Shown piece after piece: positions 21,432 through 30,655 of a DNA stretch of 38,159 bases. The notes under the pieces were generated by a model. That model was not told where the DNA came from. It ran no database searches and saw nothing but the letters and a program-made list of their open reading frames with translations. Position 1 is the stretch's first letter. Every line of letters begins with the position of its first letter. Position numbers and translations under genes: made by a program. The DNA comes from Alphaproteobacteria bacterium. Lineage in GTDB: Bacteria > Pseudomonadota > Alphaproteobacteria > ATCC43930 > CGMCC-115725. The DNA is taken from contig JAFASL010000782.1 in NCBI GenBank assembly GCA_019244535.1, positions 1 to 38,159 of the forward strand, given 5' to 3'.

Positions 21432-24400
21432 TGTCCGGGTCCCCGATCATCGACGGCCGCGACCGGGCACAGATCCTCGCTGACCTGATCGCCCGCGCTC
21501 CGGCCTACGTCCCCGAATGGTCGATCGCTCAGGACACGCCGGCCTATGCCCTTCTCGCAATACTCGCGCGCGGTGTCGAGATCCAGGCAGCCGCCGAAAA
21601 CGGCATGCCCGACGGGGCCCGGCTCGGGTTTTTGAGCACGCTTGGCAATAGCCTTCTGTCGGCGCAGTCGGCGCGCACGCCGCTGGTCTTTCAGTTGATG
21701 CCCAATGCGCCGCTCGATGTCACCCTTGCGGGCGACAGTCAGGTCGCGGCGAAATTGCCGCCGCCACCGCCGTCGCTGCTGGGCAGCGCACAGGCGACGC
21801 CACCGGCGCCCATCTTTTCCACCGAGGGGACGATCACGCTGACGCGCGCCAAGCTCACCGCGCTCTATTCCGTCGATCCCAATGCCGATACCTACGCCGA
21901 CCATACAACAGCGCTGACCAGCGGCTTTACGCTGTTCGACCAGATGCAGCCGGTCCCGCATCAGCTGTATCTCGGCCACGACTCGCTGTTTGCGATCTCG
22001 GCCAATGCGGAGATCGAGCTCTCTTTCGATCTGGGGGCCACGCATGCCAAGAACGCGCCGCCGCCGATGCTGATCGATTGGGAATATCTGAGCGCGGACG
22101 GCTGGCTGCCGCTGCGCACGGTCTCCGACCGCACCGCTCGCTTGACCCAGGACGGGCGCATAACGTTGCACCTCGACTGCGGCCCTGATGCCGACAAGGG
22201 CAAGGTCAACGGCATCGAGAGCTATTGGCTGCGCGGTACCGTCAGCACTCGGGTGCCGAGCGGCACGATCGGCCCATTGCCCGGCGGCTACAGCATTACC
22301 TGGTCTGAGAGCAAACCGATCCATGACGCCGCGGCCAGCCTGACACCCCTGACGATCGCCGGCACGCCAACAACTCCCGACGGGGTACCCAATCAGGCCA
22401 TCATCACCAAAGTCCAGCGCTCGACGATCACTCTAAATAAATCACTGTTTGGGGCGCGAGTAGGCGCGAGTGTCGTCGCTGCCGGCGCCAATACTTTTGT
22501 CGGGCGCATCGCCGGTCACGTCGGCGGCGTCACCTTGGTGCTGGAGGGCATCGATCCCGGGCGGGCCATCACGATCCCCGCCCCTGGCGCCAATACCGCC
22601 ATGGTCATTGGCGAGCTCAACGGTACCGCCGTGCTGGACCAGCCGCTTGTCGGCGCCGCCGCTAAAGCCGCCCTCAACGATGCCGAGACCGGTGACCCGG
22701 TGGGCACGCTCGACGGGTTCGACCCCGATTTTCTGGTGCCGCTGGACAGCGCCGCCGATTTCTTGAAGGGCGATGCTGTCACCGTCGACGCGACGACGCA
22801 CGCAACGATTACCGCAGTGACCGCTACCTCGGTGTCGCTCGACGGAAGCATCAGCGCTGTCTCGCAGGGCAACCAGCTGACGTTGCTCAATGCATTGCCG
22901 GTGTTGCGGCCGGAGGGCGCCAGCGCCACCGGTTCGCTTCCCAGCGTCGACATCATCCGTGCGCGGGTCGGTTTCACCAAGTCGAATCTGAAGCCGGACG
23001 CCGCCGCCACCGACACCTCGCCGCTCGACACCGGGAACGCGTTCTACCCATTCGGCCGGCAGCCGCAGAAATTCACGACGTTTTACATCGCCAGCAAGGA
23101 GGTCTTTCAGCGTCAAGGCGCGCAGGTCGACATCGTGGTGACCTTGGCCCAGACCGGCGCCACCTTTAACGACAACGACATGGCAGTGCCGAACGCGATG
23201 CTGTGGACGGTCGAATATTACAACGGCGACGGCTGGCTGCCGCTCGGCGGCGGACAGAAACTGGCCGATGAGACTCACACGATGACGGTCGCCGGCCCGG
23301 CCAACATCAGTTTTCTCTGCCCCGCCGACTGGGCCGACACGAAGGTCAACGGCCAATCCAACAAATGGCTGCGGATCCGCATCGACGCTGGCAATTACGG
23401 CCATCCGTTACGGCTCACCGTCGACAATACGGTAAGCCCGCCACTGGTCAAGAGCGATCCCGCAACCCTTCAACCGCCGGTCGTCGCCTCGCTGCGGCTG
23501 CAATATACTTACCTGACCAATTCCGATCTGCTCGACCACTGCGTGTCCTACAACGATTTCGCGTATATCGATCATTCGGAGGACGTGCGCTGGCCGCGCC
23601 GGCCATTCCAGCCATTCACTCCAGTCAACGACACCCAGCCGGCAGTACATTTCGGCTTTTCGGCGCTGCTGCCGCCCGGGCTCGTCAGTCTTTACTTTGC
23701 CGCCGGCAATCGCAGTGACGGGCCGAGCGGCGGCGCTCCCACTTCGTCGCCTTTCCTGTGGGAGTATTACTCTTCCCGCGGCTGGATCGAGCTTGCAGTC
23801 CTCGACGAAAGCGACGGGTTTACTGGCAGCGGGCTCATTCAGTTCGTCGGCCCGCCCGATGCCATTCCGCTGCTCGGGCTGCGCGACACACCATATTGGC
23901 TGCGCGCCCGGCTCAAGCCCGAATTGCCGGTGCAGACCCTTCCGGCGACCGGCCTCTGGCTCAATGCGGTATGGGCGCACCAAGGCGAGACGGTGCAGCA
24001 GGATCTGCTCGGGTCGAGCAACGGGAATCCCGGGCAAACCTTTGTCTTCGCGCCCCAGCATGTGCCAGTGCTGCCCGGCGAGGTCGTCGAGGTGCGCGAG
24101 TGGCAGGGCCGCGGCGAGTATTGGCAGACCGCAGCGGCCGGCGTGCCGCAAAGCGACCTGCGCTTTGTCGTCGACCCCAGCGACGGCAAGACAATCACCG
24201 AGGTCTGGGTCACCTGGCATTGGCAACCCTATTTCTATCTCTCCGGCCCGAACGACCGCCATTACGTATTGGAACGCGCGAGCGGCGCGCTGCAATTCCC
24301 GACGCCGCCCTACGGGATGATTCCGCCCGGCGGTGCGTCGATCGCCGCCAGCTATGCGACCGGAGGCGGTCTTTCCGGCAATGTGCCGGCCAATACGATC

Positions 24401-25105
24401 ACCGAATTGCACAGCGCAGCGAGCTACGTGCAGAGCGTCACCAATCCCTTCCCTGCGACGGGGGGCTCAGCAACCGAGTTGACGCCGCGCGCCCGCGACC
24501 GCGCGACGCAGCGCCTGCGTCATCGCGACCGAGCGCTTGCGCCGGCCGATTTCGAATGGCTCGCCCGCGAGGCGTCACCGGAGGTGGCGCGCGCCCGCTG
24601 CCTGCCGATCACCGGGCCGGACGGCACCGGCGAGCGCGGCTGGATCACTCTGGTCGTCATCCCTGGCAGCGTCGACCCCGCGCCGATGCCGACACCCGGT
24701 CTGCTCGCCGAGGTGGCAGCGGAACTCGAGGCGCGGGTGCCCGCCGCTATTGTCGGCCAGATCGTCCTCGCCCCGCCGACCTACATGCCAGTCGGCGTAC
24801 GCGCCGACATCGTGCCGCATCACGCAGACGAGGCGGCTCTGGTCGAGGCGCGGCTGCGCGAGCGGCTCACTGCGTTTCTGCACCCGCTGACCGGGGGCAG
24901 CGCTGGGACAGGCTGGGATTTCGGCCAGCCCGTCTACCTTTCGCAGATCGCTGCACTGGTCGAGCAGACCGAAGGGGTCGATTTTGTCCCGCTGCTTCAA
25001 CTCATCGTCGATGACGGAGTGGCGGGGGACATGGTCGCGATCTCCTCCGGCGCTCTCGTCACCCAGGGCGACCACCAGCTCAAACTAATGGCCGAGGAGA
25101 CGTGA
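21431..25105 (+). CDS. Large baseplate J/gp6-like wedge protein (Afp11-like), 1224 aa
   Basis: ATG 21431 overlaps the gp25 stop (TGATG). The C-terminal Baseplate_J-like block reads ATGGGLSGNVPANTITEL...VTNPFPATGGSATELTPRARDRATQRLRHRDRALAPADFEWLA. The position after gp25 matches the P2 W-J order. Confidence 0.85.
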   Translation: MSGSPIIDGRDRAQILADLIARAPAYVPEWSIAQDTPAYALLAILARGVEIQAAAENGMPDGARLGFLSTLGNSLLSAQSARTPLVFQLMPNAPLDVTLAGDSQVAAKLPPPPPSLLGSAQATPPAPIFSTEGTITLTRAKLTALYSVDPNADTYADHTTALTSGFTLFDQMQPVPHQLYLGHDSLFAISANAEIELSFDLGATHAKNAPPPMLIDWEYLSADGWLPLRTVSDRTARLTQDGRITLHLDCGPDADKGKVNGIESYWLRGTVSTRVPSGTIGPLPGGYSITWSESKPIHDAAASLTPLTIAGTPTTPDGVPNQAIITKVQRSTITLNKSLFGARVGASVVAAGANTFVGRIAGHVGGVTLVLEGIDPGRAITIPAPGANTAMVIGELNGTAVLDQPLVGAAAKAALNDAETGDPVGTLDGFDPDFLVPLDSAADFLKGDAVTVDATTHATITAVTATSVSLDGSISAVSQGNQLTLLNALPVLRPEGASATGSLPSVDIIRARVGFTKSNLKPDAAATDTSPLDTGNAFYPFGRQPQKFTTFYIASKEVFQRQGAQVDIVVTLAQTGATFNDNDMAVPNAMLWTVEYYNGDGWLPLGGGQKLADETHTMTVAGPANISFLCPADWADTKVNGQSNKWLRIRIDAGNYGHPLRLTVDNTVSPPLVKSDPATLQPPVVASLRLQYTYLTNSDLLDHCVSYNDFAYIDHSEDVRWPRRPFQPFTPVNDTQPAVHFGFSALLPPGLVSLYFAAGNRSDGPSGGAPTSSPFLWEYYSSRGWIELAVLDESDGFTGSGLIQFVGPPDAIPLLGLRDTPYWLRARLKPELPVQTLPATGLWLNAVWAHQGETVQQDLLGSSNGNPGQTFVFAPQHVPVLPGEVVEVREWQGRGEYWQTAAAGVPQSDLRFVVDPSDGKTITEVWVTWHWQPYFYLSGPNDRHYVLERASGALQFPTPPYGMIPPGGASIAASYATGGGLSGNVPANTITELHSAASYVQSVTNPFPATGGSATELTPRARDRATQRLRHRDRALAPADFEWLAREASPEVARARCLPITGPDGTGERGWITLVVIPGSVDPAPMPTPGLLAEVAAELEARVPAAIVGQIVLAPPTYMPVGVRADIVPHHADEAALVEARLRERLTAFLHPLTGGSAGTGWDFGQPVYLSQIAALVEQTEGVDFVPLLQLIVDDGVAGDMVAISSGALVTQGDHQLKLMAEET

Positions 25106-25106
25106 C

Positions 25107-27161
25107 ATGACGCTGCCTCGCCCGGATCTCGACAATCGCACCTTCGCGCAGCTCGTCTCCGAAAGCGTCGGTCAGATCAATCGCCTTGCCGCGAGCTGGA
25201 CCGACTACAACGCCTCCGACCCCGGGATCACGCTGATCGAGCTGGTGGCCTGGCTCTCGGAGCAGAACCTCTACCGCGCGAACCGCATCACTCCGGAGAT
25301 GTCGCGCGCCTTCTTGCGCCTCGTCGGCGTCTTCCAGCATCCTGCCGGCATTGCCCAAACCGTAATCCTATTGCGCAATGCCGGTGCCGTGCCGATTGCA
25401 TTGCCCGAACGCACTCAGGTCTCAGACCCACTCGGCGCGGTTATATTCGAGACGCGCGATCCGGTGACGGTCTCGCCTGCAGTGTTGGTGCAGGTCTTGA
25501 GTGGCGCTGCGGCTCTTCAGGACGTCACAGCCGAAAACGCTCAGATCTTCGATCCCGCGAAGGATCCGCGGCTCGGCAGCTACCCGCCATTCGGAGACAC
25601 CCCCACACCCGGGGCCGCGCTCTATCTCGGGTTCGACCAGCCGCTGGGCACCCCGGGTGAAGACGTTGCACTTCATCTATGGACGCGGACGCCACAGGCC
25701 GACGCGCTGGCCGCCGCAGCATTGCGGCAGGAATGGCAAGCCGAAAAGGCTGTGGCCGAGCGCGACTGTCCGCCCGGTATTGCGTCGTTGTTGCCCGACT
25801 GGCGACAGCATTATTCCGCGCGCGTCGTATGGGAATTTCACACCGGCGCCGGCGACTGGCACCCGCTGACCGATGTGCGGGACGAGACACGGGCACTGAC
25901 CTTGACCGGGTTCATCCGTTTCGGCGCACCGAGTGGGCATGCCGCGGGTGGGCCGGGTCCTTATTGGTTTGTGCGCTGCCGGTTGGTGCACGGCGGGTTC
26001 GACTGCACGCCGTGGGTTGACCGCATCGCCCCCAATGCGGTCACAGCCGAGCATGCAGTCAGCATCGACGCTCCCGAGACGCTCGGTGCCAGCCGCGGCC
26101 ATGCCTGCGAGCACTACACTGCATCACTGTCGCCGATCGTCGCCGGCAGTACGCGGCTGAGCTTGGTTTCCGGCGCGCAGCAGGAACAAGGCTGGACCGA
26201 GGTCCTCGAATGGGATCTGGTCGGTCCGCACGACCGCAGCTACCGGCTCGAACCGGAGCGCGGCCGTATTACCTTCGGCAATGGCATGCGCGGCACAGTT
26301 GCGCCGGACGGCTGGGACGTTGTGCTCGACTACCGCATTGGCGGTGGCATTGAAGGCAATATTCCCGCCGCTCAACTGACCCGGATTGCGACAAGCGACT
26401 GGAACGCGGCGCATATTCCCGGCCTTCCCACGATCACCGCGCAGCTCATCGTCGCGCAGCCTTATGGGGCCGCCGGAGGCGGGCCTGCCGAGACCCTTGC
26501 CGCCGCCGAGGCGCGGGCGATCGCCGAGCTGCAGAAGCCGACGAAGACCGTGACCCTCGTGGATTTCGCCTCGCTGGCGCTGGCAACGCCGGGGGTGCCG
26601 ATCGGCCGTGCAAAGGCATTGGCGAACCGTTACCCGGCGCTGCCATGCTTTACTGCGGCGGGCAGCATCACCGTGATCGTGGTGCCCGACTGCTCCGGCC
26701 CGGCACCGATGCCCGGCCCCGAATTCCTGCGGGCGATCGAGCGCTACCTCCATCCTCGGCGTCCGGTGACCACCGAAATTCACGTGATCGCGCCGACCTA
26801 CGTCAAGGTCACCGTCGCTGCCCAGCTGCAAGCAACCGCCGACAGCGACCCCGCCCAGATCAAGGCGCTGGCGCAACAGAGCCTCGACACGTTCTTCAAC
26901 CCACTCACAGGCGGACCGGACGGCACCGGCTGGCCGATCGGCCGCTATGTGTACCGGGCCGAAGTCATGGCCCTGCTTGCCTCGCTGCCGGGAATCCTCT
27001 CCGTGTCGGATCTGACCCTGGCCGGCGACGACGGTACGCTGACTTGCGACAACCTGGCGATCTGCGTGGGCGATCTCGTCCAGTCGATGCAGCACAGCAT
27101 CGACGTCAGCATTGCCGGGACGACAATCTTCAACAGGAGCAGAGAACGTGAGTGCTCTTGA
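25107..27161 (+). CDS. Second baseplate assembly protein (Afp12-like; J-related)
   Basis: ATG 25107 has GAGGAGA upstream. The N-terminus LDNRTFAQLVSESVGQINRLAASWTDYNASDPGITLIELVAWLSEQ is the hallmark of the 'putative baseplate assembly protein' family. A J-like block occurs later (GGGIEGNIPAAQLTRI...GGGPAETLAAAEARAIAEL). Confidence 0.85.
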   Translation: MTLPRPDLDNRTFAQLVSESVGQINRLAASWTDYNASDPGITLIELVAWLSEQNLYRANRITPEMSRAFLRLVGVFQHPAGIAQTVILLRNAGAVPIALPERTQVSDPLGAVIFETRDPVTVSPAVLVQVLSGAAALQDVTAENAQIFDPAKDPRLGSYPPFGDTPTPGAALYLGFDQPLGTPGEDVALHLWTRTPQADALAAAALRQEWQAEKAVAERDCPPGIASLLPDWRQHYSARVVWEFHTGAGDWHPLTDVRDETRALTLTGFIRFGAPSGHAAGGPGPYWFVRCRLVHGGFDCTPWVDRIAPNAVTAEHAVSIDAPETLGASRGHACEHYTASLSPIVAGSTRLSLVSGAQQEQGWTEVLEWDLVGPHDRSYRLEPERGRITFGNGMRGTVAPDGWDVVLDYRIGGGIEGNIPAAQLTRIATSDWNAAHIPGLPTITAQLIVAQPYGAAGGGPAETLAAAEARAIAELQKPTKTVTLVDFASLALATPGVPIGRAKALANRYPALPCFTAAGSITVIVVPDCSGPAPMPGPEFLRAIERYLHPRRPVTTEIHVIAPTYVKVTVAAQLQATADSDPAQIKALAQQSLDTFFNPLTGGPDGTGWPIGRYVYRAEVMALLASLPGILSVSDLTLAGDDGTLTCDNLAICVGDLVQSMQHSIDVSIAGTTIFNRSRERECS

Positions 27162-28539
27162 ACAGCCGCTCGACCGCGTCAACCACTTCAATGGCCAGCG
27201 GCTCGACGCATCCGATTTCCGCGCCGATCAGGATTATCAGATACGAGTGCGGCGGAAGCTCTTCAGCTCGCTCTACTCGATCGGCATCGTCCAGGGCCTC
27301 GAAGTCACCAAGCATCCCACCGACCAACACAAGGTTCACGTGGCGCCCGGTGTCGCGCTCGACTTCATGGGTCGGGAGATCATCCTTCTCGACTCGACCG
27401 ACGTGCAGGTGGCAGGCACACCTAGTCCGAGCCCCGGAGTCATTTTCGGCAACTTTCTCGTCATTGCCTATGCCGAGCAGCGGGTCCAGCCGGTCAATGA
27501 CGGCTGCGTCGCAACCTCAGCGGCGGGAGGCTGCGGCGGCAATCTCGCCTGGGGCGCGCCAACCCGCATTCGCGCCGTGCCAAAATTGGAAATGGTCGAT
27601 ACCTGGCCGAGCGACCAGAGCGGCCGCATCGTTCTCGCTCAGATCGGTCTGCAAGCCGGTTGCCAGGTCAGTGATATCCAGTCCGGCGTGCGCCGCTACG
27701 CGGTCGCGGCGCAGCCGCCCACGGTTCATCCGATCAGCCTCGAAGGCGAGAAGGATATCGATGCTAGCAACCCAAAGGTCCTCTATTTCCATATCGATGG
27801 CGGCGTCCCGGACTCGGTCACGCTGTACCTGCGGGGTGCGCAGTTTTCGACCCTGTTCTACAGCGAGCTCGGCAACCACACGCATGCTGGCAGACTCGCT
27901 CAGCCGACGTTAACGATCCCGGACCACAGGCACACTTTCCAGTCGGTTACCACCGGCACCGCGACGCAGGATCCCAACAAGCCGGTGGATCTGATTGCTC
28001 GAACTTACGACACCGATTCGGACACTGAGATCCGGATGTGGCACAGCGACCTGAACGACGGAAATCGCCGACTGGAGACGCTCACCACTTTGAACCCCGG
28101 CGACGGGCCGATCGTGAGGCTGACGAATCTTACCGAGCACACTCACAACATTCCAGCCGGCCAGACGGACAGCGCCGGTGGGGGCAGCTATGCGCTCGGC
28201 GCGGTGAATATCGATGCGGCCGGCGTGACCGATCGGTCTGCAAGGTCCGGTGCCAGCACATCGCTGGCCTATTTCAAAAAGCTAACCGTCCTCTATGACG
28301 GGCAGGACATCACCGATCAAATTCTGAAGCAACTCAACGGCATCGACCCGGCTAATTGGCCGGCAAGCGCGACGCTCGGCGACGGGACCAATACGCATCC
28401 GCTAGTCGTCAATGGCACAGGGAAAATCGACTTGACCCAGCTCGGGCTCGATTTCACACCCGGCGAGCACAGTCTAACCCTTCAGGTTGCCGATGCGGGC
28501 AATGGCGGCCAGATCAAATACAACCTTTATGTCGCGTAG
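27148..28539 (+). CDS. Tail-fibre-like protein, paralog A of a three-member N-domain family; the C-terminal part has HxH motifs
   Basis: GTG 27148 has AGGAG 8 nt upstream and overlaps the previous gene by 14 nt. The N-domain is shared with 30656 and 33006 (RVNHFNGQRLDASDFRADQDY...IGIVQGLEV...VHVAPGVALDFMGREI). The motifs GNHTHAG, PDHRHTF and EHTHNIP recall phage tail-collar type fibre domains (weak call). Confidence 0.75.
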   Translation: MSALEQPLDRVNHFNGQRLDASDFRADQDYQIRVRRKLFSSLYSIGIVQGLEVTKHPTDQHKVHVAPGVALDFMGREIILLDSTDVQVAGTPSPSPGVIFGNFLVIAYAEQRVQPVNDGCVATSAAGGCGGNLAWGAPTRIRAVPKLEMVDTWPSDQSGRIVLAQIGLQAGCQVSDIQSGVRRYAVAAQPPTVHPISLEGEKDIDASNPKVLYFHIDGGVPDSVTLYLRGAQFSTLFYSELGNHTHAGRLAQPTLTIPDHRHTFQSVTTGTATQDPNKPVDLIARTYDTDSDTEIRMWHSDLNDGNRRLETLTTLNPGDGPIVRLTNLTEHTHNIPAGQTDSAGGGSYALGAVNIDAAGVTDRSARSGASTSLAYFKKLTVLYDGQDITDQILKQLNGIDPANWPASATLGDGTNTHPLVVNGTGKIDLTQLGLDFTPGEHSLTLQVADAGNGGQIKYNLYVA

Positions 28540-28654
28540 ATGATGAACGAGCCCATCCGCTACCAGTTCGTGCGAGACCGCGAGGCGTGGAATGCCAGCC
28601 TCGTCGCTCTCGAACCAGACAGCGACGGCAATCTGACGCTCACTCACCCGGCTT
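28540..28654 (+). other. Displaced 5' fragment (true N-terminus) of the NHL/tail-protein gene, in the +1-offset frame
   Basis: ATG 28540 abuts the previous stop. The fragment reads MMNEPIRYQFVRDREAWNASLVALEPDSDGNLTLT and then degenerates into Arg-rich nonsense. The NHL frame is open only from 28637. Confidence 0.5.
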
Positions 28655-28771
28655 CCCGGTCCGGCCGACGGCCAGCCAGTCGATCTGCCGGGTCCGTGGA
28701 CGACCGACCCATCGGGCATCGCTGCCGGGCCATGCGGGGCAATATTTGTCGCCGACACCAATCACAACCGG

Positions 28772-30646
28772 GTGCTATTCGTCGACGGCACTTGTGCGGC
28801 GCGTGCCTGGCTGCCGGCGACGACAATGCCCGGCGCGACGCCTGGGCAATTGGATCATCCGCGAGGCCTTGCCGTTTCAGCCGATGGTTTATGGGTCGCT
28901 GACACCGGCAACCGGCGCATTCAACGCTTCGGTTTCCCGGATCTCGAACCCGATCTCGATGTCATCGACGGGATTCAGCAGCCGACCGGCGTCGCGACCG
29001 ACAGCCACGGTCGCCTTTACGTGCTGGACCGCAGTCTGAACAAGATACGGCGTTTTACCAGACACGGGCTTGCTGATTTGGCTTACGACCTGGCCCTCGC
29101 CGCCTCAGGAAAATTGATCGATCCGCTGTTTCTGACAATCGGCGACGGCGATCTCCTGTGCGTGTCCGACGGCGTCGCGTCGACGGTCCGCTGCTTTGAC
29201 GAGACTGGCGCATTCGTCCGTGACCTCGCGGCGCCGCTCGGCATCTGGCAGCCTGGCGCCCTCACTTGCGGCATCGGCCGGCTTTTCGTAGCCGATGGGG
29301 TCAGCGGCCAGATAATCGCGTTTCTCGCGGACGGCACCTACTGGTGCGAGTTGCCATTGTTTCGCGGGACGGTCAGCGCTCTGGCCGTCACTGACACCGA
29401 CGATCTGCTGATAAAGACCGGGCTTGACGACACTTACATCGCCTTCAGCGCGGCCAAGAGCTATGCCGCCACTGGCAGCGCGACCAGCGGACCCTACGAT
29501 GCCGGCGCCAAGCTCGAATGGTTTCGCGCCGCCGCAGAGGCTGAAACGCCGCTCGGCACTGCCATTGTGCTCGAGGTCGCGCAATGGGATGCAGCCGTGC
29601 CACCGCCCGACCCGGGCGATTGGGTTCGCGCGCTGGCGCTCGATACGCTGCTCGCGACCTTGTTGCCCCCCGGCCCACCGCCGGCGTTACGGCGTTTCCT
29701 GTGGCTGCGCGCGACTTTGTCGACATCGCAGCCGGCGCTCAGCCCGGTCCTGCGCAATTTGCGCGCGGAAACCCCTGGCGAGGATTACCGAGACTATCTG
29801 CCCGAGATCTATCGGCGAAGCGACGAACCGGCGCTGTTTCTTTACCGACTGCTGAACCTGACGCGCACTGAGCTCGGTACAATCGGCGAGCATATCGACG
29901 CGCTGCCGCAACTCCTCGCACCCGGATTCGCTCCCGCCTCGGCGTTGCCGTGGCTCGCCGGGTGGCTCGGGCTCGAATTGCCGCGGATCGCCACCGAGGC
30001 GGAAGCCCGCGAACTCATTTCCCGGGCCATTGCCCTCTACCGCCGACGCGGTACGTCGGCTGGGATTAGCGATTTTGTCGAAATCCACACGGGAGTTCGG
30101 CCGAGCATCGTCGAGGCGTTCGAGGAGCGCGGCGTCTGGGTGCTCGATGTCGCGTCTTCGCTAGGCTTCGATACCGGACTGCCGGCAATCGATCCGCTCG
30201 GCATGGTCGTGCCTGATGCAGCCAACCCGCTCGCCGGCGCTACCGCGTGCTGCACGACGCCGATCGGTGCCACGGTGGTCGGCGAGGCGGGGCCGTTGCC
30301 GGTCAGCGAACTGGGTGCGCCGCTGTTTATCGACACCGCGTACCGCTTCACCGTCTTCCTGCCGGCCTACCGCGCGACTGATGCCTCCCTGCGCGCCGAG
30401 GTCCGGCGCGTGATCGACGCCGAGAAACCGGCCCACACCGATTATCACTTGTGCCTTGTCGAGCCGGATATGCGGGTCGGTTTTCAGGCCCAAGTCGGGA
30501 TCGACACGATCGTCGGCGGGCCGCCGCCGCGGTTGCGCCTCGGCGCGACCCGCCTCGGCGTCGAAACCAATCTCCCCGGCACTGCCGGCGAGGCGGGGCG
30601 CATCGGACAGGGCGCCCGCATCGGACACACGACGGTCCTGGGATAG
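28772..30646 (+). CDS. NHL-repeat beta-propeller plus phage tail protein (P2 gpI-like / TIGR02242-type) baseplate protein; apparently frameshifted at its 5' end
   Basis: NHL blades: PSGIAAGPCGAIFVADTNHNRVLF (upstream of 28772 in the same frame), PRGLAVSADGLWVADTGNRRIQRF, PTGVATDSHGRLYVLDRSLNKIRRF. Tail-protein block: LPEIYRRSDEPALFLYRLLNL...ALPWLAGWLGLELP...AIALYRRRGTSAGI. The first canonical start in this frame is GTG 28772, but the coding signal begins at 28637. Confidence 0.8.
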   Translation: MLFVDGTCAARAWLPATTMPGATPGQLDHPRGLAVSADGLWVADTGNRRIQRFGFPDLEPDLDVIDGIQQPTGVATDSHGRLYVLDRSLNKIRRFTRHGLADLAYDLALAASGKLIDPLFLTIGDGDLLCVSDGVASTVRCFDETGAFVRDLAAPLGIWQPGALTCGIGRLFVADGVSGQIIAFLADGTYWCELPLFRGTVSALAVTDTDDLLIKTGLDDTYIAFSAAKSYAATGSATSGPYDAGAKLEWFRAAAEAETPLGTAIVLEVAQWDAAVPPPDPGDWVRALALDTLLATLLPPGPPPALRRFLWLRATLSTSQPALSPVLRNLRAETPGEDYRDYLPEIYRRSDEPALFLYRLLNLTRTELGTIGEHIDALPQLLAPGFAPASALPWLAGWLGLELPRIATEAEARELISRAIALYRRRGTSAGISDFVEIHTGVRPSIVEAFEERGVWVLDVASSLGFDTGLPAIDPLGMVVPDAANPLAGATACCTTPIGATVVGEAGPLPVSELGAPLFIDTAYRFTVFLPAYRATDASLRAEVRRVIDAEKPAHTDYHLCLVEPDMRVGFQAQVGIDTIVGGPPPRLRLGATRLGVETNLPGTAGEAGRIGQGARIGHTTVLG

Positions 30647-30655
30647 GAGACCGCA

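Noticed and set aside
28356-29039. 227-aa ORF in the third frame across the fibre A / NHL-gene junction
   Set aside because: The translation is Arg/Pro-rich nonsense. The other two frames explain the region (fibre A C-terminus, the displaced N-terminal fragment and the NHL repeats).
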